A stretch of 64,000 bases of DNA from NCBI GenBank assembly GCA_030704795.1, contig JAUYCZ010000015.1, positions 27,540 to 91,539 of the forward strand. The letters run 5' to 3'. Shown piece by piece: positions 46,809 through 55,664 of this stretch. The position numbers and the translations under genes were made by a program. Positions within the stretch are counted from its first letter, which is position 1, and the number at the start of each line of letters is the position of its first letter. Below the pieces are notes generated by a model. It was not told the DNA's origin, made no database searches, and saw nothing but the letters and a program-made list of their open reading frames with translations. Source of the stretch: a bacterium. Lineage in GTDB: Bacteria > Patescibacteriota > Minisyncoccia > Minisyncoccales > GWA2-46-15.

Positions 46809-46901
46809 ATGGCTAAAACTCTTTTTAAAGCCTTCTGGAAAATCGTGATTATTCTCGTCGCCCTCAGCACCGTCATTCTGCTGGTGGCGCCTTTAATCTA
46901 G
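46809..46901 (+). CDS. candidate small hydrophobic peptide (30 aa, MAKTLFKAFWKIVIILVALSTVILLVAPLI)
   Basis: ATG preceded by AAAGGTAAAGGAT; single TM; below the ORF-track length cutoff. Confidence 0.3.
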   Translation: MAKTLFKAFWKIVIILVALSTVILLVAPLI

Positions 46902-46933
46902 CTTAATTTCTGGAAGCCGACAATATAATTCAG

Positions 46934-47635
46934 CTAACGCGGTTGTTTTTTGAAATACTCCGCCTCGTAGTGGTCGACAAGGTTTTTGACACCCTCGAGA
47001 TAAATTTCCTTTCGTTTTTCGACTTCTTTCTTCGACCATTCGAAATAGAAAGAAGAGCGGTTAATCAGTCTCATGAATTTGATAAAGAGCCGAGCTATCT
47101 GAACCAGGGGCCGGGAAATCCAGCCGTTCTTGGTAATCTCCCGAGCGGCCATTTCCACTCTCTCTAAAGACCAAAAATCGAGATTATCTACGTCTTTCAT
47201 GATTTTTGCCTCCAAATCTTTCGTCGGCCAAAACTGAAAACGGGAATGTTTTCTGATATTATATCTTATCGACTCGATGAGTGTTTTTTCAATATTTGAC
47301 TTTTTCGCTTCTCTGGTAAAAAGACGCATTGAGCCGATGCCTTCCCAAAGTATTTGATAAACGGCCGACAACCAGTGACGGGGAAATTGCCTTGACTTCC
47401 AGGCATCATGCCAGCAAATAGAAATCAAGAGTTCTTCAAAATCTATTCCCTCTTTATTGACTTCGTCATCCTCGCCTAAGAAGACATCGAGGTTGTCAAG
47501 TATTCTAAAGACGTGCCCTTCGTCGTGAAACGGATCAATGCTCTTTTCCATCATCCCGATTCCCTCTTGGCAAAATCTTAAAACCGGTTCCTCTAAAACA
47601 ATCTTGTTTTTGGATAAAAACTCGTTTAATCCCAT
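46934..47635 (-). CDS. HD-domain protein (putative phosphohydrolase)
   Basis: H(x about 35)HD pattern (HVFRIL ... CWHDAWK). Confidence 0.45.
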   Translation of the reverse strand: MGLNEFLSKNKIVLEEPVLRFCQEGIGMMEKSIDPFHDEGHVFRILDNLDVFLGEDDEVNKEGIDFEELLISICWHDAWKSRQFPRHWLSAVYQILWEGIGSMRLFTREAKKSNIEKTLIESIRYNIRKHSRFQFWPTKDLEAKIMKDVDNLDFWSLERVEMAAREITKNGWISRPLVQIARLFIKFMRLINRSSFYFEWSKKEVEKRKEIYLEGVKNLVDHYEAEYFKKQPR

Positions 47636-47636
47636 T

Positions 47637-49454
47637 TTAATCGCGTAACATTTCTAAAAAGACTTTTGGCGGTATGTGTAATTGGCCTTTTTCTTTCAGC
47701 TCTTGCTTGCCCTTTTTCTGTTTTTGCAAAAGCTTTAGTTTGCGGGTGTAATCTCCGCCGTAAAGCGGGGCGATGACGTCCCGGCCCTTGGCCGACAAAG
47801 TTTCCCGGGCAATGATATGAGAGCCAACCGCAGCCTGTAAAGCCACGGAAAAAAGTTGGCGGGGCAGGGCCTTTTTCAATTTTTGAACCTGTCTTTTGCC
47901 TTCTTCAAAAACCTTGTCCTCGGGAACAATCCGGGAAAAAGCCTCAAAATTCTTACCCGAAATCAAGATATCCAGCTTGACGAGTTGAGCCGGCCGATAG
48001 CCTAAAACCTGGTAATCCATTGAGGCAAAACCCGAGGTGGCATTCTTAATATTCTCATAAAGATTGGTAATAATCTCTCTGAGAGGCAGTTCGTAGGAAA
48101 TCAAAACCTTTTCCTGGCTGAGATGCTGCGTTTCCAGGTGTTTGCCGGAAAGCTTGCTTAAAACCTCAAAAATCCGACCGATAAAGCTTAGGGGCAAGGT
48201 GATCTTTAAAATCGTCCATGGTTCTCGAGTTTCCTGGATATCAAAAACCTCGGGCCAATCAGAAGCCGTGTAAATCTGCCTTTCCTGGCCCTTGCGGTCA
48301 ATGATTTTGTAAAGAACCGAGGGCGAAGAAATGACTAAATTCAGACCAAACTCCCGGGAAAGTCTTTCGGTAGTAATCTCGGTATGCAGCAGACCTAAAA
48401 AGCCGCAGCGGAAACCCCGACCCAAAATCTCTTTGGACTCGGGCTCAAAAAACAAAGAGGCGTCGTTGAGTTTCAGCTTGTTTAAAGCGTCTTGCAAAAG
48501 GTCAAACTCGTCAGGGTTTTCCGGATAGAAAGAGGCGAAAACCACCGGCTTTGGCTCTTGGTAACCCGGTAATGGTTCCATTCGTTCGTCGTTTTGGATT
48601 TTGGAATTTGGAATTTGGATTTTCGTAATGGTGTCGCCAACCCTTACTTTCCCCGGTTCCTTAATGCCCGTGGCCAGATAACCAATCTCGCCGCAGACTA
48701 AAGTCTCTGTTGACGCCATTTCTGGCTTGAAAAAGCCGATGTCGAGGACTTCGCCCGAGTTATTATTTGAGAACAAAAACATTTTTTCTCCTTTTTTAAT
48801 CTCGCCATCAACCACCCTGACGAAAGCGATGACGCCTCGGTGCTGGTCAAATTTAGAATCAAAAATGAGGGCCCGAAATGTTTTACCGAATTCACCTCTG
48901 GGCAACGGCACTCTCTCAATCACTGTTTTTAAAAGATTCTCAACGCCTTCGCCGGTCTTCGCCGAGATTAAAAAAATCTCTTTTGGATCGACGTCAATGA
49001 TTTTTAAAATCTCGTTCCGGGTTTCTTCAATCTTCGCTTGTAATGAGTCGATTTTATTTATAACCGGAATGATAGCCAGGCCTTGCTTTTGGGCCTGCTC
49101 CAAATTAGCAATCGTCTGCGCCTGCACTCCCTTGGTGGCGTCCACCAGCAGAACCGCCCCCTCAACCGCCGCCAGGCTTCTTGAAACTTCGTAGGAAAAA
49201 TCGGCGTGGCCGGGAGTATCAATCAGGTTTAAGGTATAACGCTTGTCGCCCATGGCGTAAGTCATCCTGACCGGCTGCATTTTAATAGTTATCCCCTTCT
49301 CTCTTTCTAAATCCATCATATCCAAGTATTGCGGCCGCATTTTCCCTTTGGCCACCGTCTCTGTTAATTCCAAAAACCGATCGGCCAGAGTCGACTTGCC
49401 CGCATCAATGTGCGCGATAATACAAAAATTTCTGATGAGAGTAAGGTCTTGCAT
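47637..49454 (-). CDS. lepA: elongation factor 4
   Basis: IRNFCIIAHIDAGKSTLADR, LepA C-terminal domain; contains a repeat-encoded insertion KIQIPNSKIQNDE. Confidence 0.9.
   Translation of the reverse strand: MQDLTLIRNFCIIAHIDAGKSTLADRFLELTETVAKGKMRPQYLDMMDLEREKGITIKMQPVRMTYAMGDKRYTLNLIDTPGHADFSYEVSRSLAAVEGAVLLVDATKGVQAQTIANLEQAQKQGLAIIPVINKIDSLQAKIEETRNEILKIIDVDPKEIFLISAKTGEGVENLLKTVIERVPLPRGEFGKTFRALIFDSKFDQHRGVIAFVRVVDGEIKKGEKMFLFSNNNSGEVLDIGFFKPEMASTETLVCGEIGYLATGIKEPGKVRVGDTITKIQIPNSKIQNDERMEPLPGYQEPKPVVFASFYPENPDEFDLLQDALNKLKLNDASLFFEPESKEILGRGFRCGFLGLLHTEITTERLSREFGLNLVISSPSVLYKIIDRKGQERQIYTASDWPEVFDIQETREPWTILKITLPLSFIGRIFEVLSKLSGKHLETQHLSQEKVLISYELPLREIITNLYENIKNATSGFASMDYQVLGYRPAQLVKLDILISGKNFEAFSRIVPEDKVFEEGKRQVQKLKKALPRQLFSVALQAAVGSHIIARETLSAKGRDVIAPLYGGDYTRKLKLLQKQKKGKQELKEKGQLHIPPKVFLEMLRD
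48592..48626. repeat. heptamer tandem repeat (TTTGGAW)n inside lepA
   Basis: ttttggattttggaatttggaatttggatttt. Confidence 0.7.
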
Positions 49455-49474
49455 TTAAAGACGGGTCTTTTTAA

Positions 49475-50164
49475 TTAATTCGGTTTCCGTTTACTCAAAT
49501 ACTTTTTAATGAAGAGGGAAAATATTAAGCCGCTAACCAACAGAATTCCAAGCCATAAAATAAGACTGTTGCCAGAAGAAAAATCAACGTCTCTAAACAA
49601 AAAGGCAAAAACTAGATTAGAAACCGAGCTAAAAACCAGCGTAATTAAAAAGTATTTTCTAAAATCGATATTTGTCAATCCGGCGGCGTAAGAAATTACT
49701 TCGAATATGGCAAAACCAAATAATCTGCTCAGAATCAAAATCTGGGTACCGAATACACCAACAAAGTCATTAATCTCTGCCATTGTCTTTTCTCCCACCA
49801 ATCTTATGACCCATTTTCTCCCAAATCTCCGGCTGATGTAAAAATTAATAGCCGCGCTGACTGCGCTCGCCAAATAGAGGTAAAACATTGTTTGATAAAT
49901 TCCAAAGACGGCCACGCCCAATAAGACTCCGGGCGTTCCGGCAAGCGGCGCAAACACATGGGAAATAACAATGTAGAGAATTACTATTAGAGGAGCGGCT
50001 GGCCCAAGCGATTGAACAAATCTTCTAAAATCTTGTGAAGTAAGAATTGGTATTAATAATCCTAAAACTAAATAAAGAACTAGAATCACCAGCAGAATTT
50101 TAACTATTTCGTATAGTTTGTGTAATTTTTCGTTTCCGAGGTTCTTAAAACCAAATCTTACCAT
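49475..50164 (-). CDS. DedA/TVP38 (VTT-domain) family membrane protein
   Basis: Membrane protein with VTT-like core. Confidence 0.6.
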   Translation of the reverse strand: MVRFGFKNLGNEKLHKLYEIVKILLVILVLYLVLGLLIPILTSQDFRRFVQSLGPAAPLIVILYIVISHVFAPLAGTPGVLLGVAVFGIYQTMFYLYLASAVSAAINFYISRRFGRKWVIRLVGEKTMAEINDFVGVFGTQILILSRLFGFAIFEVISYAAGLTNIDFRKYFLITLVFSSVSNLVFAFLFRDVDFSSGNSLILWLGILLVSGLIFSLFIKKYLSKRKPN

Positions 50165-50165
50165 T

Positions 50166-51476
50166 TTAAAAAGTTTGTTTTAATTTCTTCTTGAGAAAAA
50201 CCAAAAGAAGGGCGAACTGCAAAATTGAGGAAATCGAAAAAGCCAGGGCCAAGCTAAAAATCCCTAATTCGAACTTCAAAGAAACCAACAAAATCAAAAT
50301 GTTGGCAGAAAAAGAAACAAAAGAAATTAAAGCCGGGGTTTTTGCCTCCTGAAGAGCGAAAAACGCCCGGGTTAAAAGCGGAATCGCCGCCTGAGCAAAT
50401 AGAGAAAGCGAAAAAAGAAGAACCATTCGCGAGGTCATTTCAATTGCCGTTTGGTCAAAACGGCCGCCGCCAAAAAGCAGACCAACTATCTTCTCGCTGA
50501 AAAGAGTGAGAAATAAAGTTGCCAAAACGGCCAGAATAATGACCTGTTTTAACGCCGGCTTTAAATATTGTAAAAACTCTCCTTCATTTTTTTGCAAAGC
50601 CGCTCGGGACAGCCAGGGAAAAGCGGCTGTTCCAAAAGAAACGCCAACTAAACCGACGAAAAAACCTTGAAGATTGTTGGAAAAGTATAAAATCGCAATC
50701 GTGCCCGATCCTAAAAAAGAAGCCATGGCGGTAATTACCCATAAATTTAACTGCTGCAAAGCCACGGTCATCGTTCTTGGCCCCATCAGACCGAGAACCC
50801 TGCCCATTACTGGCTGCCTGAAAGATGAAAGAAAATCCGGTTTCCAGGAAAAACCGCACCAGATGGCCCCCAAAAATTGCGACAAAAAGTACAAAAAGGC
50901 GCCGCCGACCACCCCCAGGCCGACGCCAAAGATGCCAAAACGGGGCGCCAGAAAAAGAATGCCCCCGATGATGGAGAGATTGTAAATAACCGGCGCCAGG
51001 CCATAAACAAAAAAGCGGTTAAAATATTGGAGGACTCCGGAAAAAATATTGGCCAAACCAAAGAAAATCGGGCTCAAGAGAAGAAGTCTTATTAATTTTA
51101 AGGCCGAACTTTGGACTTCGACCGAAAAACCGGGAAGCAAAATCTTGACCAGCCAGGGACTCAATAAAAACAGCGACGACGACATTAAAACTAAAAACAC
51201 TAAAAGGGCGTTAAGAATATGATTAGCCGTTTCCCAGCCTTCTTTTTCGTCCCGGGCAAAAAACTCGGAGAAAAGAGGTAAAAAAGCGACGGCCAAACCG
51301 CCGGTAATTAAAAACGTGTAAACTAAATCCGGAATGCGAAAAGCGGCCGCATAAATATCAAGCTCGGGACCGACGCCAAAACGGCTGGCCAACAATCGGT
51401 CTCTTAAAATACCCAGAACCGCGCTTAAAAATGTCGAACCCGCCAAAATGGCGGCGGAAAAAGTTAGATTCTTCAT
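50166..51476 (-). CDS. murJ: lipid II flippase MurJ
   Basis: N-terminus ...LSAVLGILRDRLLASRFGVGPELDIYAAAFRIPDL..., 12-14 TM. Confidence 0.75.
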   Translation of the reverse strand: MKNLTFSAAILAGSTFLSAVLGILRDRLLASRFGVGPELDIYAAAFRIPDLVYTFLITGGLAVAFLPLFSEFFARDEKEGWETANHILNALLVFLVLMSSSLFLLSPWLVKILLPGFSVEVQSSALKLIRLLLLSPIFFGLANIFSGVLQYFNRFFVYGLAPVIYNLSIIGGILFLAPRFGIFGVGLGVVGGAFLYFLSQFLGAIWCGFSWKPDFLSSFRQPVMGRVLGLMGPRTMTVALQQLNLWVITAMASFLGSGTIAILYFSNNLQGFFVGLVGVSFGTAAFPWLSRAALQKNEGEFLQYLKPALKQVIILAVLATLFLTLFSEKIVGLLFGGGRFDQTAIEMTSRMVLLFSLSLFAQAAIPLLTRAFFALQEAKTPALISFVSFSANILILLVSLKFELGIFSLALAFSISSILQFALLLVFLKKKLKQTF

Positions 51477-51550
51477 CTTTCCTCTTCTTTATCTTAATAT
51501 TTAACCCCGAAATTGACAAGAAACCGAGATTCTGTTAGAATTGAATCGTT

Positions 51551-51932
51551 CCAGCCAGTCGGGTAATCGCTCTGTCAGGCTAACCCCTGATAGGGAGGAA
51601 AGTCCGAACACCCTTTTCCGCCAGATGGCGGACCAAAAAAAGTAGCGGCTAACCGCCGTCCACCGTAAGGTGCGAGGTGCGAACAGAGACGTTCCGAAGC
51701 GAAAGCTGAGGAACGCCCGGTCGAATGATCGGGCGAGCCCTAAAGGCAACTTTAGGGGTGAAACGGCCAAATCCTTATCGGGCGCAAGAACAAAGCTCGT
51801 CGGAATTTCCCCGCGGAAAATCCTGAGGAGTTAAAAGTAGTTCGCTAGATCCCGAGGGCAACCGAGGGACCAGAGAAATGGTTACCGTCCCGCTTACAGC
51901 GGGATACAGAATTCGGCTTATAGACTGACTGG
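51551..51932 (+). ncRNA. rnpB: RNase P RNA (bacterial type A)
   Basis: P4 strands GGAGGAAAGTCCG (51594-51606) and ACAGAATTCGGCTTATAG (51906-51923); P1 pairing CCAGTC/GACTGG; overlapping ORFs 51501-51770 and 51775-52158 are spurious. Confidence 0.8.
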
Positions 51933-51940
51933 AAATCAAA

Positions 51941-51967
51941 GAGTCCCGCCCAAAGCGGGATTTTTTG
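51941..51967 (+). terminator. rho-independent terminator of rnpB (CCCGC-CCAAA-GCGGG + TTTTTT)
   Basis: Read directly. Confidence 0.75.
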
Positions 51968-51978
51968 ATTGTAAAAAG

Positions 51979-51997
51979 TCGGACATCGCACGTCCGA
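51979..51997. repeat. third copy of hairpin motif TCGGAC-ATCGCAC-GTCCGA (perfect)
   Basis: Same motif as 6065-6082 and 6189-6207. Confidence 0.6.
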
Positions 51998-52024
51998 TCA
52001 TTAAGATTAACAGAAATCAAAAAT

Positions 52025-52160
52025 GACAAGAAACAAGCGATCGCTTGTTTTTTGTTGTTTATGAAAGGGATTAGGTGTCTTTTTCCTAAATTCGCAAAAA
52101 TCGCGCCAAATTGAAGATTTGTTCGTAAATTTGTTCGGCGAAAAAAGGTGACAGTCACCT
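52025..52160 (+). repeat. R1 intergenic repeat (about 136 bp) with terminator-like palindrome AAACAAGCGATCGCTTGTTTTTT and terminal palindrome GGTGACAGTCACC; left copy bounding the 52.0-54.4 kb segment
   Basis: About 90% identical to 54256-54391. Confidence 0.7.
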
Positions 52161-52173
52161 AAAAGAAAGCCAC

Positions 52174-52734
52174 TTAAAAAATCTTCTGTTTTGATTGTAC
52201 TAAAATAAAAGGTATTCGCGCAAAAGTTGCGCCTTCACAATCGGTTTTACTATCGGAAATCAAAACGCAATCCTTAAATTTTGATTTGATTTTCCTGAAA
52301 GGAATACCTGTTTTTTTGGAAAAACGGCAAGCCATTTTATCAATTGAATTTTCAAGATCAAAATATTTTGTTAAACCAAAACTTTTCAGTACATATAGAG
52401 TTTCCAGTCGTTGTCCGCCAGTTGCATAGACAAAACGATATTTATTTTTATTGGCAAAAATCCAATTTACTAAAGAATATTTTTTAAGCATTGGTAACTC
52501 GCCGTTTTTCAACAGAATAGAAAAAGATTGATTGTAAAAATCAGTGTATTTTTTCTTGCTCATTTTTTGGTTAGAAAATTTGAGAAAAATCTTGTATGTA
52601 TCGGAAATACCTAATAACTTCATTTGCTCAATATCTTTCTCAAATTTTCTATCGGTCATACACAAAAGCACCGATTTTTCAATCGGCCACATATTTGTAA
52701 TTGTTCCGTCAATATCGCAAATGATGGTTTTCAT
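52174..52734 (-). CDS. HAD-superfamily hydrolase-like protein
   Basis: N-terminal DxDGT motif (ICDIDGTITN); AT-rich gene. Confidence 0.5.
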   Translation of the reverse strand: MKTIICDIDGTITNMWPIEKSVLLCMTDRKFEKDIEQMKLLGISDTYKIFLKFSNQKMSKKKYTDFYNQSFSILLKNGELPMLKKYSLVNWIFANKNKYRFVYATGGQRLETLYVLKSFGLTKYFDLENSIDKMACRFSKKTGIPFRKIKSKFKDCVLISDSKTDCEGATFARIPFILVQSKQKIF

Positions 52735-52778
52735 AATTTCGAAAAAGTAAGGGGGTACATTACCGTACCCCCTGCTTC

Positions 52779-53684
52779 TTAATTGATCCGCAAGGGACCG
52801 TGAATGGAATTGTCATTGATGATTTCGCTCCGGCTATATTGCACATAGCCGGTGATCGGCTCATCGCCGATTGCAAAAATAATCAACTGACAATTATTCC
52901 CGTCTTGCTTCGTGGGACGCACGATGTCTTGGGCAAGAAGCGCTTCCTCTTTGTAGCACCGCTTGATAAACGGCGCTTTACCCGAGGGTTTGTTGAACAT
53001 GACGCTTTGACGCGCACGCTCACATTCTACGCTCCCCTTGTCGCAAAACTTGAGAACCACTTCTCGAGGGATTTCTTCCCACGAGTTGAAACGGCTAATG
53101 TAGTGTCGCGGAACTTTCACTAAATCGCCATTCCACTCCCGACTAAACACTCCGAGGTTGAGTTTGTCATCCAACCGAAGTCCATCGTAGGGCAGGACAT
53201 TCGGTTGATCTTTTGACCCAACTCGTCCGTAGACGTAAATTGGATCAACTCCGTTGTCGTTCCACTCGCAGACGCTGTGGCCGTGAAGACCCAAGTGAAC
53301 AAGCTCTGACACGAACAACTCAAGTTCGGGCAAGTACACCGTGCTCTTGCTCGCGAACCGCTTGGGGAAGATAAGCCGTGTTGGATCAACCGTGATTCCG
53401 CTCGCGCGAGCGAGGTTGAGTGCTGTACCCCAACCATCCACGAATGACGCATTGATTTCGAGTAGCCACAACTTCTGCTCATCGAAGTATGCATCAATTC
53501 GGTAGTACGGTGTTTGCTCCGTACCAACCGAAGTATTGAAACCAGACAAAAACTTTTTGAGTTCCTGTCTCGTCTCGCTAGAGATTACGACACCCCTGTT
53601 TGTCGTGGCATGGCGATTCTCGCCATAGATGATCGGAGCGACAGCGGACTCGTCCATGTCGAAGTCAGAGAAGTTGATTCTCAT
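52779..53684 (-). CDS. hypothetical protein with ATP-grasp-like Mg-site motif (YRIDAYFDEQKLWLLEINASFVDGWG) near the N-terminus; GC-richer than neighbours
   Basis: 301 aa; E-x-N motif preceded by Arg-x-Asp as in ATP-grasp C-terminal lobes but placed near the N-terminus. Confidence 0.4.
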   Translation of the reverse strand: MRINFSDFDMDESAVAPIIYGENRHATTNRGVVISSETRQELKKFLSGFNTSVGTEQTPYYRIDAYFDEQKLWLLEINASFVDGWGTALNLARASGITVDPTRLIFPKRFASKSTVYLPELELFVSELVHLGLHGHSVCEWNDNGVDPIYVYGRVGSKDQPNVLPYDGLRLDDKLNLGVFSREWNGDLVKVPRHYISRFNSWEEIPREVVLKFCDKGSVECERARQSVMFNKPSGKAPFIKRCYKEEALLAQDIVRPTKQDGNNCQLIIFAIGDEPITGYVQYSRSEIINDNSIHGPLRIN

Positions 53685-53797
53685 TTATGCCTCCTTTTTT
53701 AAAGAACTGTTTTTGCCGTTTTGTCGTGGGTAGGCAAATGAAAACCCCCCTCCAATCAAGGAGGAGGTTGGCCTTATGTTAAATCTTTAGAAATACA

Positions 53798-54124
53798 TCA
53801 AGACAACCCTCTCCCCGCTTGGATAGAGTTGTGATGATGAGAATCCGATCTTCGCAGCATTAAACGATAGCCGCCCATTTTGCCGTTGAGCCACTTGGAA
53901 ACACGGGCCACCGTCGTCGAACTCAAGCCGGTTTTTCTTTCAATTTGAGAGTAGGGAATCTTTTGGTTCAACATTTGCGCCGCCCACCATCTTTTGCCAA
54001 ATTCAATAATTTCTTGCTCGGTCAGCAAATCGCGAAAAAACCGCTTGACCTCGTTTTGAGTTTTAAGCTTCAGCACCACCTTAAATAAATCTTCGGTTGT
54101 CTTATTCTCCCACTTTTCCATCAT
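53798..54124 (-). CDS. TrpR-like DNA-binding protein (YerC/YecD family)
   Basis: 108 aa, LLTEQEIIEFGKRWWAAQML...YSQIERKTGLSSTTVARVSKWLN. Confidence 0.65.
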   Translation of the reverse strand: MMEKWENKTTEDLFKVVLKLKTQNEVKRFFRDLLTEQEIIEFGKRWWAAQMLNQKIPYSQIERKTGLSSTTVARVSKWLNGKMGGYRLMLRRSDSHHHNSIQAGRGLS

Positions 54125-54255
54125 CTCTTACTTTATCTTAGTAAATCACTTTATCTAACTAAAGAGTAGCAAGAACAAGAAGCCCTGTCAACCCCATGAC
54201 CAAAAAACTGTTGCTCATAATCTATAAACGATAAGGTTAACAAAAATTCATAAAT

Positions 54256-54391
54256 GACGAAAAACAAGCGATCGCTTGTTTTTTGTTGTTTATGAAAAGG
54301 ATTAGGTGTCTTTTTCCTAAATTCACAAAAATCGCGCCAAATTCACGATTTAAGAACAAATTTGTTCGGCGGGAAAAGGTGACAGTCACCT
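54256..54391 (+). repeat. R1 intergenic repeat, right copy
   Basis: Same palindromes and orientation as 52025-52160. Confidence 0.7.
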
Positions 54392-54474
54392 TTTAATTAA
54401 GCCCCTATTATTACTGTTTTATTTTTTAACTCCATGATTCATCTTTTGTTGATTTAAACACGGCGTCTTCATAT

Positions 54475-55200
54475 TTAACCAAAACATCGTCGAAGAAAAT
54501 CAAGTTCTTCCCGATATACTTTTTGGCATGAATCAAATGCCCAAGGACTATGGTCTTGGCCAGGGAGAATTATGAATGGCTGACCTTTCTCTCCCACCTT
54601 AGCCATGACTTGTTCTCTCAAGTCTTTAGTGATAAATTTATCTTCTTCCCCGTAAACCAGATGGATGGCTCCTTTGTATTTTTCCAGACAGCCGAAAAAA
54701 TCCGCTTCTTTCACTTCTTGCCAAAATGTTCCTTTGTATTTCTGTCCATTCTCTTCATAGACAGCATCAACAACATTGTTAAATGTTGACTTGGGGTCCG
54801 GCACCCAAAGAAGCAGGCATTGAATTTTGTCTTTTAATTCTTCGCTGGCGCTGGCGATAACAACGCAGGCTCCGCCCATGCTTTGCCCTAAAAGAGTCAC
54901 CTTATAGTTATTGTCTAAAAACTTCTTGGCAAAATAGACTGTTGTCTTCGTCCATTCGTCAAATGAGGTGTTTAAAAAATCTCCTTCTGAATTTCCGCTA
55001 TTGGGTTGATCAAAACGCAACACCGAAAAACCGTTTTTCAATAAAAGACGTTCAAAATCAACAAAAATCCTCGATGGCCCAAGCGAGGAACCTCGGAAAC
55101 CGTGGCACATGATGACGATTTTCTTTTGCGGGTTTTCCGGTTCGGTCAGGATCGCAAAAATCTTTTTCCCATTGATTTTCTCGAAAAACATCTGTTTCAT
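54475..55200 (-). CDS. alpha/beta hydrolase (S9/S33-like serine hydrolase)
   Basis: Nucleophile elbow LLGQSMGG. Confidence 0.65.
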   Translation of the reverse strand: MKQMFFEKINGKKIFAILTEPENPQKKIVIMCHGFRGSSLGPSRIFVDFERLLLKNGFSVLRFDQPNSGNSEGDFLNTSFDEWTKTTVYFAKKFLDNNYKVTLLGQSMGGACVVIASASEELKDKIQCLLLWVPDPKSTFNNVVDAVYEENGQKYKGTFWQEVKEADFFGCLEKYKGAIHLVYGEEDKFITKDLREQVMAKVGEKGQPFIILPGQDHSPWAFDSCQKVYREELDFLRRCFG

Positions 55201-55205
55201 GATTT

Positions 55206-55664
55206 TTAAATTAATTTCTGCGCTCGGCCTTCTTGATCCAGGGCTTCATTGGCCAAGGCGTCGGCCATTTCGTTTTTCTCGCGGGGAATCAAGGTAAAAT
55301 TGATTTTTTTGTAATCAATTTTCAGATTCCAAACGGCCAAAAAAAGAGATTGGATTTTTGAATCTAAAACCTTATATTGGCCGCTCAGTTGGCTGATCAA
55401 TAATTCCGAGTCGGACCGGATCTCCACTTCGGCCTGAGCGGCCGCTTTGCCGCCAATCAGACTCTTGAACTTTTTGAGAGCAAAGACAACGGCCTGGTAT
55501 TCGGCCTGATTGTTGGTCGCTTCGCCAATGGTCTGGCCGTATTTCTTTAAAACGTGGCCCTTTTCGTCGGCCAAAACAACACCGATGGCGGAGGGTCCGG
55601 GATTGCCCCGTGAGCCGCCGTCGGTGAAAATGATTACTTTTGCTGGAAATATTTTGTCAGACAT
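55206..55664 (-). CDS. rnhA: ribonuclease HI
   Basis: IFTDGGSRGNPGPSAIGVVL, ...EIRSDSELLI..., C-terminal ADALAN. Confidence 0.8.
   Translation of the reverse strand: MSDKIFPAKVIIFTDGGSRGNPGPSAIGVVLADEKGHVLKKYGQTIGEATNNQAEYQAVVFALKKFKSLIGGKAAAQAEVEIRSDSELLISQLSGQYKVLDSKIQSLFLAVWNLKIDYKKINFTLIPREKNEMADALANEALDQEGRAQKLI

Noticed and set aside
51501-52158. ORFs 51501-51770 and 51775-52158 (minus)
   Set aside because: They overlap the RNase P RNA, its terminator and the R1 repeat. They have no RBS and no homology, so they are spurious.
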